This document shows positions 1-9,083 of a DNA stretch of 32,000 bases, one piece after another. Within the stretch, counting starts at the first letter, position 1, and the number at the start of each line of letters is the position of its first letter. A program made the position numbers and the translations under genes. Source of the DNA: Acaryochloris marina S15 (GTDB taxonomy: Bacteria > Cyanobacteriota > Cyanobacteriia > Thermosynechococcales > Thermosynechococcaceae); NCBI RefSeq assembly GCF_018336915.1, contig NZ_CP064923.1, forward strand, positions 2,670,001-2,702,000, given 5' to 3'. The notes under the pieces are model-generated. The model had not been told where the DNA came from. It searched no databases and saw only the letters and a program-made list of their open reading frames with translations.

Positions 1-486
1 ATAGCCCTGAGCAATCTTCAACAGCTTTGGATCATGGATAATGCGCTGAATCGCCGGGCAATCGAGGAATGTATCTGGATATCGTCCCCTGGAATAGAGC
101 TTATTGAATCTAGGAGCTGTAAGGCTATTATCAACCTCAGGGGGAATATAGGCTGGGCCATCATGGTCGGGATAGTAGTCGATGGTTTCAAGAAATTGAA
201 AGATATCCTGAACCGTTGTCGATGGAAGATTTATGCCCGCATAAAACCCATCTTTTTTGATGCCATGTACAACCGTATTAACGTGTAGGTCGGAAAATAG
301 AGAAACTCTATCTTCGATGCCAATAAAGAGCGAATTGGTCGTTTTTTGGCTTTGGGCACTACCATAAAGCCGAGTAATAAGCTTCCGCATCGTGCTGAAG
401 CGGCTTAAGGCATACATGAGAAACCAATCTGGTTTTCGAAGCTTGAACAAGACTTGCTGGAGTCGTCCAAGCACAGCAGTATTCAT
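1..486 (-). CDS. hypothetical protein, N-terminal 162 codons; the gene continues past the left window edge
   Basis: My own reverse-strand translation from the ATG (complement of 484-486) is stop-free to position 1 (MNTAVLGRLQQVLFKLRKPDWF...IIHDPKLLKIAQGY). It is absent from the ORF track because it has no stop inside the window. The listed 34..288 + ORF lies antisense to it. No family recognised. Confidence 0.45.
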   Translation of the reverse strand, partial: MNTAVLGRLQQVLFKLRKPDWFLMYALSRFSTMRKLITRLYGSAQSQKTTNSLFIGIEDRVSLFSDLHVNTVVHGIKKDGFYAGINLPSTTVQDIFQFLETIDYYPDHDGPAYIPPEVDNSLTAPRFNKLYSRGRYPDTFLDCPAIQRIIHDPKLLKIAQGY

Positions 487-986
487 AATCAGACTCAACT
501 TAGTAGGTAGCCCTAAAAACTCTCTCTTAAAAGTAATTTCAATCCACTGAGTTGAATTTTGTGGAAGCCTTAGTGTAACTTATATTGCTGATGGGTGATG
601 TGATTTAAATCCCAAGCTAAATTGATAGGAAAAAATTGGGTTAATTAAAGATTAAGTATTGATGTCACCCTAAAAAAAAGAAATCTTATTCTAGTTGAAG
701 ATTACTTTTATATAAAGTTCCAAGTTAAAAAGAATGCGATTCTGAGCAAAGCATCATTAAAACAAATGGGAAAGTAGCCTTAGAGGATATTTGAATAAAC
801 CTTGGTCCTCAAGGCTTATTCTGGAGCCTTGCCGACGTTGAACTGCAGGTAGGAGGAATTCAAGGCGTTTTCCTTGCTCTAAGGGTAACTCGGGTATGAC
901 TTACCTATTAATCTTTAAGGCGATCGTGTAGCGATAACAGCCTACTCGCCGAGGGCTTATGGAAGCCTCGAATTCTCAAATATCCT

Positions 987-2087
987 TTAAAAAGTAATCG
1001 TTAAATATCCACCTTGAAATTTTGCGGCTTTAACGGGCTTCCCACGTAGCTCAGGGGGTAAGAAGATATTACGCCGTTGGTCTCCTGCTTCAATGGTCAC
1101 TTCAGGACCATATTGGGTTAATTTAACCTGGGATTTTTCAAATTTGGGCAGAAATAATTTCACCTGCCCCAGGATAATGTCAATTTCGATGGGTTTAGGA
1201 GCATTGGCGGCTTGTTTTAGATCAGGTAGGGCCGCCATCAGGGACTGCCAATCTCCGGTGTATTCCGGCAGAGTTACTACAGAGAGTGGATCAAAGGCCG
1301 ATTGCAAAGCTGAGGGATTGAGGGGGGTTCTAGCAGGATTGGCAATCACACCACCAATGCTTAATCCCACTTGCTGGGCACTGCCCCAATAGTATTGAGC
1401 AGTTGCGATCGCAACTTCGTCCCCAGTGGTAACCAAATAAGCTGCAACTCGATTCGGATCTGAGATCGCCCGCTTGGCATCATCCAAGACGGTATTGGCT
1501 TGCTCAGTTGGTCCAGCAAAATTGTCCCCGGCCAAATTAACGGTGAACACAGCAGATGTGACGGGCTGGACAAAGGGAGAGAGTGCTTTACCCAAATCGG
1601 AGTCAGCAATCACCTGGCGAAATCGACGGGCATACCAACTCAGGATCTCTGGCGACCCAATCATGCGAAGCGTAGACAGATCGCCCGGACCATCATAAAT
1701 AATGACGTCATAACTGCCACTGCCCTCATACTCACGCAGAGTATTGAGGGCGAGGACATTATCCATACCGGGCAGAATGCCAAGTTCTTGGCCAAAGACC
1801 GTCTTAAAAAAAGGCGTGCGAACATATTCTGCTTCGAGTTTCTTGAGATCTTCCCAAGCTTTCTCTAGCAGAACCGTGCTGCGGAGCTGCACTGCTTTTA
1901 AGTTGACGCCGAGTTCTTGAGGTTCCGTGCCAATTGTGGCACCCATCATTAAATCAAAACCGGGACCCGGATTCTGACTGGCCAATAAGACCCGATATCC
2001 CTGTTCAGCGAATTGTTTTGCCGCTGCGATCGCAACCGTCGTTCGCCCCGTGCCGCCTTTTCCTAAGAAAGTCAGAAGAAATGCCAT
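987..2087 (-). CDS. ArsA/Get3-family (SIMIBI) ATPase-like protein with a C-terminal HSP20-like tail; catalytic motifs degenerate
   Basis: 366-aa ORF. N-terminal deviant Walker A region FLGKGGTGRTTVAIAAAK. ArsA/Get3-type layout, with LLASQNPGPG at the switch I position and YDVIIYDGPGDLSTLRMIG at the switch II position. The beta-rich C-terminus (VKLTQYGPEVTIEAGDQRRNIFLPPELRGKPVKAAKFQGGYLTITF) resembles the HSP20-like domain attached to cyanobacterial and plastid ArsA homologues. Confidence 0.85.
   Translation of the reverse strand: MAFLLTFLGKGGTGRTTVAIAAAKQFAEQGYRVLLASQNPGPGFDLMMGATIGTEPQELGVNLKAVQLRSTVLLEKAWEDLKKLEAEYVRTPFFKTVFGQELGILPGMDNVLALNTLREYEGSGSYDVIIYDGPGDLSTLRMIGSPEILSWYARRFRQVIADSDLGKALSPFVQPVTSAVFTVNLAGDNFAGPTEQANTVLDDAKRAISDPNRVAAYLVTTGDEVAIATAQYYWGSAQQVGLSIGGVIANPARTPLNPSALQSAFDPLSVVTLPEYTGDWQSLMAALPDLKQAANAPKPIEIDIILGQVKLFLPKFEKSQVKLTQYGPEVTIEAGDQRRNIFLPPELRGKPVKAAKFQGGYLTITF
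1401..1416. repeat. HIP1 copy (GCGATCGC at 1405-1412) inside a perfect 16-bp palindrome AGTTGCGATCGCAACT
   Basis: Read directly from the sequence. Confidence 0.9.
2026..2033. repeat. HIP1 copy (GCGATCGC)
   Basis: Exact octamer read in the sequence. Confidence 0.9.
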
Positions 2088-2093
2088 TCAGAG

Positions 2094-2327
2094 TTACCGT
2101 CGACCTGTCTCTAGCTCTTCTTCAAAAAACCAGCTACTGGTTTTGTCACTGAAGGCGACGACGACACCAACACCACTACCATCCGTCATTTTGAAATCTT
2201 GAATCGTACCCATTTCACCGACTTTATCGTTGAGGGCACTAGAAAATCGATCGCGAATTTGGCAAACGCGAACCTTCTGACCTAACTTCATCACTTGATA
2301 CCTCTGCAAGAAAACGGACCAATCCAT
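2094..2327 (-). CDS. small conserved-looking hypothetical protein, possibly an SH3/KOW-like barrel
   Basis: 77-aa ORF on the same strand, ending 6 nt before the ArsA-like start, so probably co-transcribed. An alternative ATG at 2291 (MKLGQKVRV...) is preceded by GAGG. Short beta-like segments are visible (KVRV, GTIQDF, VGVVVAF). Family not recognised with confidence. Confidence 0.55.
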   Translation of the reverse strand: MDWSVFLQRYQVMKLGQKVRVCQIRDRFSSALNDKVGEMGTIQDFKMTDGSGVGVVVAFSDKTSSWFFEEELETGRR

Positions 2328-2415
2328 AGTCTAGCAGGCTTGAGGTCTTTATACCGTAAGGATTTAAGCCTATTGTTAAGAAAAAATGTGGTAAATCCCT
2401 ATCGTGTGAAGGTTA

Positions 2416-2853
2416 TTACCCAAGTCGTTGGACTTCGATCCAATGAATCGCTTCATTCAAAGTTTGAGCATAAAATGCCTTGCCTGAACACGGATCGCTA
2501 ACCTGCCACCAGGTTTCTCCCTTAAGATTACTTTTTTTCTCAATGCTAAGTTGTGAGCGTTGCGCTAGACCTTGAGAGGCTTGTTGCCAAACTCCTCGCC
2601 AACCCGTATTACGGTCCAGAATTGGAGCAGAAACTGCCGTTGAATCCTTTGGATAAGGTGGCACATGAGAAGATCGATGTGGCTGGTCAACCTCTAGAGA
2701 ATGCAATTGGCTAAACATCCTGAAAACCCCCGCTGGCAAAAAAATGTGTTCTAGATTACTGTCTTTAAGTCTTGTCAGTTCACATCTAGAAAGATACGCA
2801 ACATACCTCAAACCATAGTGCATCGCTTTTAAATAAGACAGCGCTTCAATCAC
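2416..2853 (-). CDS. hypothetical protein; start uncertain, with an internal Met46 at 2718
   Basis: 145-aa ORF. Only the C-terminal approx 35 aa (ETWWQVSDPCSGKAFYAQTLNEAIHWIE) looks like a compact conserved motif. No catalytic motifs seen. Confidence 0.4.
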   Translation of the reverse strand: MIEALSYLKAMHYGLRYVAYLSRCELTRLKDSNLEHIFLPAGVFRMFSQLHSLEVDQPHRSSHVPPYPKDSTAVSAPILDRNTGWRGVWQQASQGLAQRSQLSIEKKSNLKGETWWQVSDPCSGKAFYAQTLNEAIHWIEVQRLG

Positions 2854-3156
2854 ACCGCTCGATAGACTGAGATCACGGCAATTTCTCTATATTCATGGCA
2901 TTTTCAGCACATCATGTATTGCTGATGCCAAAGAAATTATGATTGTTTATCAGCTGGGTTAGGGCTAGCAATCACAGCTCATGCCATACAAGCAAAACAA
3001 CTACTTCAGTAATGCCCCCATTCGTCCAAACGATAGAACCATAGCCAGGTTGATCAACTGCATCAGAGGGAGGGATAACCAGAAATAATCCCAACATCTT
3101 GAAGAGAAACGAACCAGTAGGTACCCTCATAGATATCTGCTCTGAGGATCTGGATC

Positions 3157-5244
3157 GTGACTTTTGATATTCGCCAGCTCGACGGCCTGGATTATGACGA
3201 GGCTGAACCATTATTAGACGACTACATTAACGGTGTGATTCGTGAATTCATCGAATCAGAAGTAGGAAAGGCCCATACCCAAGCCTATCCAACTGGAGGC
3301 TTTTGGATCGGCACTTTTATAGAAATGGCCTTTACCTACGGCGAATTTACCTTAGCAAAGATGAGCAAAGGGGATGCCCAGCTTGTCATGGCGAATATTC
3401 TTCCCCGCAAGCTTACCCTACTAGACCGCAGCGAAGCAGAGGATGCGATTCCAGAGCTAGTGGCCTTTTGGACGTTTTTAAAGCAGGAGTATAAATTCCG
3501 TAGTGCAGGTGCGATCGCAAAATACCTCACCTCGATCCAAGACAAGTTCCAAGACTGGATGTTTGACTCAACCCGAGGCGGCATTGCCAAAAACTTTATG
3601 ATGCAGGGGATGGAGGCAGGCTTTGACATGTCGAGCCAATCAGATGTCGAGGCCTTCCAAGCTGAATACAATCAGCGAATTAAAGCGGATCCTCAAAATA
3701 ACCCCCTCATTCCTGCTGAACCGACTGTCCCCATGACAGCTCCTCCGCCAGATGTGAAGCAGTTTCTAGACTTAATGGGGGTTGAACTACCGGAAGAGGG
3801 AGAGCAGGTTAATCCTGCAGAGCTGCTTGGCAAAATCATGGATGCGGCCGATCAGATGGCAGATCTGCTAGATGCCAATGCCCCAACCGCCAAGCAAGGA
3901 CCTGGAGATTTTCTCCGATCCCTCAGAACTGATTTGATGGGCTCGCCCCTAGATGAAGACTTCTCCTTGTCAGAACAAGATATTACGCTACTTGAAGCAC
4001 TCACCATTAGTGAAACTCAACCTGGCCCCCTCCTCAAAGACTTCCAGACTCTACTAGAGTTCATTGGCCCAGAAGGGCGGATTGTCAGTGGCAAAAGACA
4101 GCAAATTTCCATGAAAGACCTAGCTGAACTGAATCAGCAGTTGAGCACTCCCATAGACATTGATCTGAAACGTCCGGCTCAAAAATCTTATCCTCCGATT
4201 CATGGGCTGTATTTGCTGCTGAGAGCAACGGGTATCGTCAAAATAGTGGCGAAAGGGAAAAAACAATTTCTGGTTCTGAATCCGCCAGTTTATGACCTCT
4301 GGCAACAATTCAATCCAACAGAACGCTACTGTACGCTTCTCGAAGCTTGGTTAATCCGTGGCCATGGAGAAATGTTAGGTGAAGACCGAATGGGATATCT
4401 CACCGAGGGGAATCGCTGCATACAAAGCTGGCACAAGATTGTTGAGAAGAAAAAGCATACCTATAACCAGAAAAGAACGGCTCAGGATTCTTTTAGCTTC
4501 TATCCTGGAATCCACAATTTAGCGCTAATGGAGATGTTCGGCCTAGTCAATATCACGACAGGCAAACCTGATGCTGGGAAGGGATGGCGGATTAAAAGTA
4601 TTGAAGCATTATCCTTGGGAACGCCAGTCTTAAATTTGGTCAAAAATGCCTTTCTAGAAAACAATATGACTTGGCCTTCTGGGGTGGATCCATCTGTCCC
4701 CTATGGTGAATTACAAGACGCATTACAGCCCTATTTCCCAAAATGGCAGAAAACGCTGGTCTTGCCTAGTTCAGACTTCCGACCCGATCGCCATATCTTT
4801 AAAGTTAGTTTAGGCAAAATATGGCGACGGATCGCCATCTCTGGAGACGCTACTTTAGAAGATCTCAGTGCTTATATCCTGTCTTCGGTGGAGTTTGATT
4901 CCGATCATCTGGATTCCTTTACCTATACCAATGAAATGGGGCGAAAAGTAGAAGTACTGCATCCCTTTGCTAAAGGCGGATTCTTCTCAGATGAAGAACC
5001 TCTTCATACGGATGCAGTCAAAATTGGTAGCCTGCCCCTTTCAGAAGGCAGCATAATGGAGTATCTTTTTGATTTTGGGGATTGTTGGACGTTTCAGGTT
5101 CAACTGGAAACGATTGAGCCAAACCCCGATCAAATTCAGAGTACCCGCACCAAAAAGAAAAAGAAAAAAGCACCTGTGGGTGAAATTTTGGAGGTGCATG
5201 GGGAACCACCCAAACAATACCCAGGCTCTGATGAAGATTGGTAG
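3157..5244 (+). CDS. large multidomain protein with a C-terminal plasmid pRiA4b ORF-3-like (MM3350-like) domain
   Basis: 695-aa ORF with a GTG start. The C-terminal approx 150 aa (HIFKVSLGKIWRRIAISGDATLEDLSAYILSSVEFDSDHLDSF...YLFDFGDCWTFQVQLE) match the remembered hallmark of the pRiA4b ORF-3 family (F.V.L....WRR..V....tL.dLH..I......d.HL..F ... Y.YDFGD.W.H.I). The protein ends with a KKKKKK tract. Confidence 0.75.
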   Translation: MTFDIRQLDGLDYDEAEPLLDDYINGVIREFIESEVGKAHTQAYPTGGFWIGTFIEMAFTYGEFTLAKMSKGDAQLVMANILPRKLTLLDRSEAEDAIPELVAFWTFLKQEYKFRSAGAIAKYLTSIQDKFQDWMFDSTRGGIAKNFMMQGMEAGFDMSSQSDVEAFQAEYNQRIKADPQNNPLIPAEPTVPMTAPPPDVKQFLDLMGVELPEEGEQVNPAELLGKIMDAADQMADLLDANAPTAKQGPGDFLRSLRTDLMGSPLDEDFSLSEQDITLLEALTISETQPGPLLKDFQTLLEFIGPEGRIVSGKRQQISMKDLAELNQQLSTPIDIDLKRPAQKSYPPIHGLYLLLRATGIVKIVAKGKKQFLVLNPPVYDLWQQFNPTERYCTLLEAWLIRGHGEMLGEDRMGYLTEGNRCIQSWHKIVEKKKHTYNQKRTAQDSFSFYPGIHNLALMEMFGLVNITTGKPDAGKGWRIKSIEALSLGTPVLNLVKNAFLENNMTWPSGVDPSVPYGELQDALQPYFPKWQKTLVLPSSDFRPDRHIFKVSLGKIWRRIAISGDATLEDLSAYILSSVEFDSDHLDSFTYTNEMGRKVEVLHPFAKGGFFSDEEPLHTDAVKIGSLPLSEGSIMEYLFDFGDCWTFQVQLETIEPNPDQIQSTRTKKKKKKAPVGEILEVHGEPPKQYPGSDEDW
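3511..3518. repeat. HIP1 copy (GCGATCGC)
   Basis: Exact octamer read in the sequence. Confidence 0.9.
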
Positions 5245-5252
5245 TCGATGAT

Positions 5253-5276
5253 TGAGTGACTTAAAACTCATTTTTT
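5253..5276 (+). terminator. weak candidate intrinsic terminator after the 695-aa gene
   Basis: TGAGT (5253-5257) pairs with ACTCA (5266-5270) around an 8-nt loop and is followed by TTTTTT (5271-5276), 9 nt after the stop codon. The stem is only 5 bp. Confidence 0.3.
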
Positions 5277-5450
5277 GGTGCATACTTATCAAAGCTTCAG
5301 GCAGAGAGGGGGCACCTCCATCTGTTTCGCTCCTCCTTAGCTCCTGAAATGGGCTTATTGGGATCACCCTCACACTGCTGATGTACTTGGATCACAAATA
5401 ATTCTACCCAGGATGATTAAGATCACCCTACGGAATGGTTTGAGATCAAT

Positions 5451-6404
5451 ATGTCCTCTGATATAGCAGTACGCACCCAGGGATTGACGAAGCGATTTGG
5501 TCGCCACGTTGCAGTCAATGACCTAGATTTAGAAATTGGCTCAGGGGAAGTATTTGGACTCATTGGTCCCAATGGTGCTGGCAAGACGACCCTAATTCGG
5601 ATGTTGGCAACGGCGGAACAGCCCACCCTTGGCGATATCTATATTCGGGGACAGTTATTAGAACGTAATCAAACCAACGCCCATCTCAAACGCCTAATCG
5701 GTTATTTACCCGATGATTTTCCCCTCTATGAAGATCTGACGGTATGGGAATATCTCCATTACTTTGCTCATCTATATGAGTTACGCCAGCCTCGCCGTCG
5801 CCAACGTTTGTTTGACGTGTTGGAGCTGGTGCAATTGACCCACAAGCGTCGGAGTTCCGTCGCCAGTTTATCGCGGGGAATGAAGCAGCGTTTGGGCCTA
5901 GCTCGTACGATTATCCACGAACCTGTTTTGCTGCTGCTAGACGAACCCGTCTCTGGTTTAGATCCCCTCGCTAGAGTTCAGTTTCGGGAATTGATCAATG
6001 TACTGCGAGAAGCAGGCATGACCATCATTATTTCCTCCCATATCCTCAGCGATTTAGCAGAGCTCTGTACCTCTGTTGGGATTATGGAACTGGGCTATTT
6101 GGTGGAGAAGACCTCGCTTCAGCAGCTCTACGAAACGTTAGGCCAGCAGCAAATTCAGATTGCCACCCTGGGAGATTGGCAGCCCGTGGAACAACTGTTG
6201 GGGCAATGCCCTCATATAGAGAGTTGGCAGGTAGATCCAACAACCCAACAGATCAAAGCTCAATTCCAAGGGAATCAAGCGGATGCCGCTGCATTATTGC
6301 GATCGCTCCTGGAAGCCGATCTTCCCATCTATAACTTTCAGTGCATTCAAGAAGATTTAGAAACCATCTTTCTCGAAAAACTAGACCATAAGCAGGTGTC
6401 ATAA
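5451..6404 (+). CDS. ABC transporter ATP-binding protein
   Basis: Walker A GPNGAGKTT, Q-loop, ABC signature LSRGMKQRL, Walker B LLLLDEP and an H-loop SSHIL are all present and in order. Confidence 0.95.
   Translation: MSSDIAVRTQGLTKRFGRHVAVNDLDLEIGSGEVFGLIGPNGAGKTTLIRMLATAEQPTLGDIYIRGQLLERNQTNAHLKRLIGYLPDDFPLYEDLTVWEYLHYFAHLYELRQPRRRQRLFDVLELVQLTHKRRSSVASLSRGMKQRLGLARTIIHEPVLLLLDEPVSGLDPLARVQFRELINVLREAGMTIIISSHILSDLAELCTSVGIMELGYLVEKTSLQQLYETLGQQQIQIATLGDWQPVEQLLGQCPHIESWQVDPTTQQIKAQFQGNQADAAALLRSLLEADLPIYNFQCIQEDLETIFLEKLDHKQVS
6299..6306. repeat. HIP1 copy (GCGATCGC)
   Basis: Exact octamer read in the sequence. Confidence 0.9.
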
Positions 6405-8093
6405 ATGGGCAAGGCTCAATCTTCCCTCGTGAATAGAGGAATAGAAACCCTGGGTGACTGGAATCCGCAACTGATGCGGGAGATCCAAGGTCGCTTAAAA
6501 TTACGCAGTGTGTTGTTGACGGTATTTTTGTCTTTGGTCGCTCAAGGACTGTTTCTATTCTGGCAATATCGGACTTTAGATTATCGGTGGGGGAACTGTG
6601 AAACCGCTGAATATCGGAAAATAGGCGTGGACTGTTTCCAAGTCAGCCCAGAACAATTTCTGTTAGTGAATTGGCAAGGATGGTGGTTACGAGTCTTTTC
6701 CTGGAGCTGCATTTTTCTGATGTTTGGCCTGATTGTGGGTGGCACTTTTTTACTGATCAGTGATCTATCAAGGGAAGATCGCCACGGAACCCTGACATTT
6801 ATTAGCCTCAGCCCCCAAACAGCCCGCACCATCTTGCTGGGAAAAATGCTCGGTGCTCCTTTCTTGATTTACTTGGCTGTCCTCTTCGCACTGCCACTTC
6901 ACTATATGACAGGGTTAGCTGCTGAAATTCCGGCCATCAGAATATTAGGCTTTGATGTTCTTCTATTGGCTAGCTGTTGTTTCTACTACAGCCTGGCTTT
7001 ATTAATGGGGCTTGCCAGCAACTGGCTGAACGGCTTTCAAGCTTGGTTATGGAGTGCAGGTATTGTTTTACTCCTGCTGTCTCTTAAACAAACCTCTCTA
7101 ACATACAGTTCTATTGACTGGCTATATACTCTATCGCCTTCAGTGATTTTCCCCCTTATTTATCGGGATATAATGCCTACTCTGACGGGTGTGAACCTCC
7201 CTTTATATTCCCATCGGTTAGCGGACTGGCAATGGTTTTTAGTGCCCATCGGCAGAAGTGTCGTGGGGGTAGGGTTATTTGTATTGGCCCATTTCGGTCT
7301 ATGGACTTGGTGGTTATGGCGACCTCTACAACGCCGCTTTAACAACCCCACGATTTCCCTCCTCAGCAAAAAGCAAAGCTATTGGGCAACTGCCTGCTTC
7401 TTTGTCTGCTTGTTGGGATTTTCATTCAATTCTGGAAACAACTCTCCATCGAATATGATGACAGCCGTTATCCTCACTCATTTTTTATGGTTTCTGTTGA
7501 TGGTTGTATTGTTACTCCCTCACCATCAGAATCTAGAAGATTGGGCTCGGTTTCGAAGAAATTATCCATCCACGAAGGGCAAGACACAACGCTTCCATGA
7601 TTTAGTTTGGGCCGATAATAGTCCAACTTGGATTGCAATCGCCATCAATCTAGGCATTGCAGGTCTTCCGATCCTACTTTGGATGTTATTTTTACCCGAA
7701 AATGACTCTAGAGTCGGCATTGCTGCACTCTTGTTCAATTCCACCTTGATATTGATTTTCACTCTATTCAATCAGGTGATGTTGTTGCGGCCCATCTCCA
7801 ATCGCAACTTGTGGGTAATGGCAACGTTGTTGGGACCCACTATTCTTCCAACTTTTGTACTCGCTATGTTGGGAATTAATCCTGGACAAGCGTGGGAGAG
7901 TTTGATTTTGTTCACCCCTTTTGCCATAGCTGGAATCGAAAAAATTCCAGCCTTCAGTGCACTGCCGATATTTGGCATCCACGTGGGTTTGGTCGCAGGT
8001 TTGAGCTGGTTACAGAACCGAAAGCTGACCCAACTGGGGGAGTCAACGTCCCAGCAACTTCTTCGAGGTGACGTCTATGTTGAGCAAGGCTAA
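6405..8093 (+). CDS. polytopic ABC-2-type permease-like membrane protein
   Basis: 562-aa ORF whose ATG directly abuts the ATPase TAA (TAAATG at 6402-6407). It has many hydrophobic segments. The N-terminal WNPQLMREIQGRLK and EDRHGTLTFISLSPQ motifs resemble those I remember from cyanobacterial ABC-2 permeases. Confidence 0.8.
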   Translation: MGKAQSSLVNRGIETLGDWNPQLMREIQGRLKLRSVLLTVFLSLVAQGLFLFWQYRTLDYRWGNCETAEYRKIGVDCFQVSPEQFLLVNWQGWWLRVFSWSCIFLMFGLIVGGTFLLISDLSREDRHGTLTFISLSPQTARTILLGKMLGAPFLIYLAVLFALPLHYMTGLAAEIPAIRILGFDVLLLASCCFYYSLALLMGLASNWLNGFQAWLWSAGIVLLLLSLKQTSLTYSSIDWLYTLSPSVIFPLIYRDIMPTLTGVNLPLYSHRLADWQWFLVPIGRSVVGVGLFVLAHFGLWTWWLWRPLQRRFNNPTISLLSKKQSYWATACFFVCLLGFSFNSGNNSPSNMMTAVILTHFLWFLLMVVLLLPHHQNLEDWARFRRNYPSTKGKTQRFHDLVWADNSPTWIAIAINLGIAGLPILLWMLFLPENDSRVGIAALLFNSTLILIFTLFNQVMLLRPISNRNLWVMATLLGPTILPTFVLAMLGINPGQAWESLILFTPFAIAGIEKIPAFSALPIFGIHVGLVAGLSWLQNRKLTQLGESTSQQLLRGDVYVEQG

Positions 8094-8150
8094 AGTTTAA
8101 TGCTTATCCCTCACTGGTCCGGGAGTTCGTTACCCTTTGGTTTGTAAATT

Positions 8151-9083
8151 CTATTGTTCTGCTAAAGCTAACAAGGTTACTTCCCAGACTAAGCGGGGTT
8201 GGGCATAGTGACGTAGCTGTTCCTTCGCTTTCTCAAACTGATGGACCAAGGCCGAATTACCATAGGTGCGCCAGTATACCTGTTGATAGTAGTCTAGGAG
8301 CCACAGTTGAGAAGGGAGGTCCAAAGCTTGATCAATTTTTTGAGCTAGCCCCAGACAGGCTAGAGGCGTGTTGAGAGTCTCCAAATCTGCCTGCAAGAGA
8401 TCTGGTGAAATCGAGTCTTGCTGATGCCAATGTGAGATCGCACCCCCAGGACTTCCCTGGGCCATCTCGATCAATTGAGGATGATCCAAAACTTCCGTAT
8501 ATCCAGCCTGTTTCAACACCTGTGCCATTTGCTCTGGATTCAGGCGGCAAAATGGGATGCGCTGACAACGCGATACCAACGTCGGTATCAAAGCGTCAAT
8601 ATTAGGTGCCAATAAAACTAACGTGGCATTGCCAGGCTCTTCTAAGCTTTTCAGCAGAGCATTAGCAGCGGCCTCATTCATAGTTTCCGCCCCTTCAAGC
8701 ACTACGGCCAATCGGGATGCCTCCAACGGGGATTGGCTCAGAAACTGAGTCATATCTCGAATTTGGGCCAAGCGAATTTGTGGGTGACTTCTAGGCAGAG
8801 AAATGTCTTGTTCCTGCATTTGAGCCACCGTCAGCAATTTATTCTTATGTTTATAGGTGGGAGCAATCCACAGGCTATCAGGATGATTTTTGAGACTGCG
8901 CCGATCCGTTTGTTCCGGATCTAAAAGCAGACTTAGAAACTGTTCGGCAACGAGGCTCCGTCCAATCCCTTCCGGTCCAGCAAACAAATAAGCAGGGGCG
9001 ACTCGCTGGGTTGAGATTGCCCGACTCAAATATTCAATCGCCGCCGACTGGCCAATAATCCCTGTAAACATTAGGGATACCAT
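8151..9083 (-). CDS. holB: DNA polymerase III delta-prime subunit
   Basis: GQSAAIEYLSRAISTQRVAPAYLFAGPEGIGRSLVAEQF at the N-terminus, a DEAD-box-like VLEGAETMN segment, an SRC motif (LVSRCQRIPF), and the classic position immediately downstream of tmk with a 13-nt overlap. Confidence 0.85.
   Translation of the reverse strand: MVSLMFTGIIGQSAAIEYLSRAISTQRVAPAYLFAGPEGIGRSLVAEQFLSLLLDPEQTDRRSLKNHPDSLWIAPTYKHKNKLLTVAQMQEQDISLPRSHPQIRLAQIRDMTQFLSQSPLEASRLAVVLEGAETMNEAAANALLKSLEEPGNATLVLLAPNIDALIPTLVSRCQRIPFCRLNPEQMAQVLKQAGYTEVLDHPQLIEMAQGSPGGAISHWHQQDSISPDLLQADLETLNTPLACLGLAQKIDQALDLPSQLWLLDYYQQVYWRTYGNSALVHQFEKAKEQLRHYAQPRLVWEVTLLALAEQ

Noticed and set aside
34-288. 84-aa + strand ORF from the supplied track
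   Set aside because: It lies antisense to a longer uninterrupted reverse-strand frame (1-486) with more protein-like composition. It has no motifs of its own.
1093-1868. Several 74-122-aa ORFs overlapping the ArsA-like gene (1093..1392 +, 1361..1609 -, 1474..1698 +, 1500..1868 +)
   Set aside because: They are alternative frames or antisense to a gene with clear family motifs. Their composition is low-complexity (P/S/R-rich), typical of shadow ORFs. The same reasoning applies to the other short ORFs nested in the ABC, holB, tmk, ggt, surE, AAA+, susA, NACHT, RR and HK genes.
2972-3211. 79-aa minus-strand ORF overlapping the start of the 695-aa gene
   Set aside because: No motifs, it overlaps a better-supported gene start, and it sits in a probable promoter region.
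5041-5373. 110-aa minus-strand ORF across the 3' end of the 695-aa gene and its terminator-like hairpin
   Set aside because: It is antisense to the conserved pRiA4b ORF-3-like domain and the poly-A/T tract. It looks like a shadow ORF.
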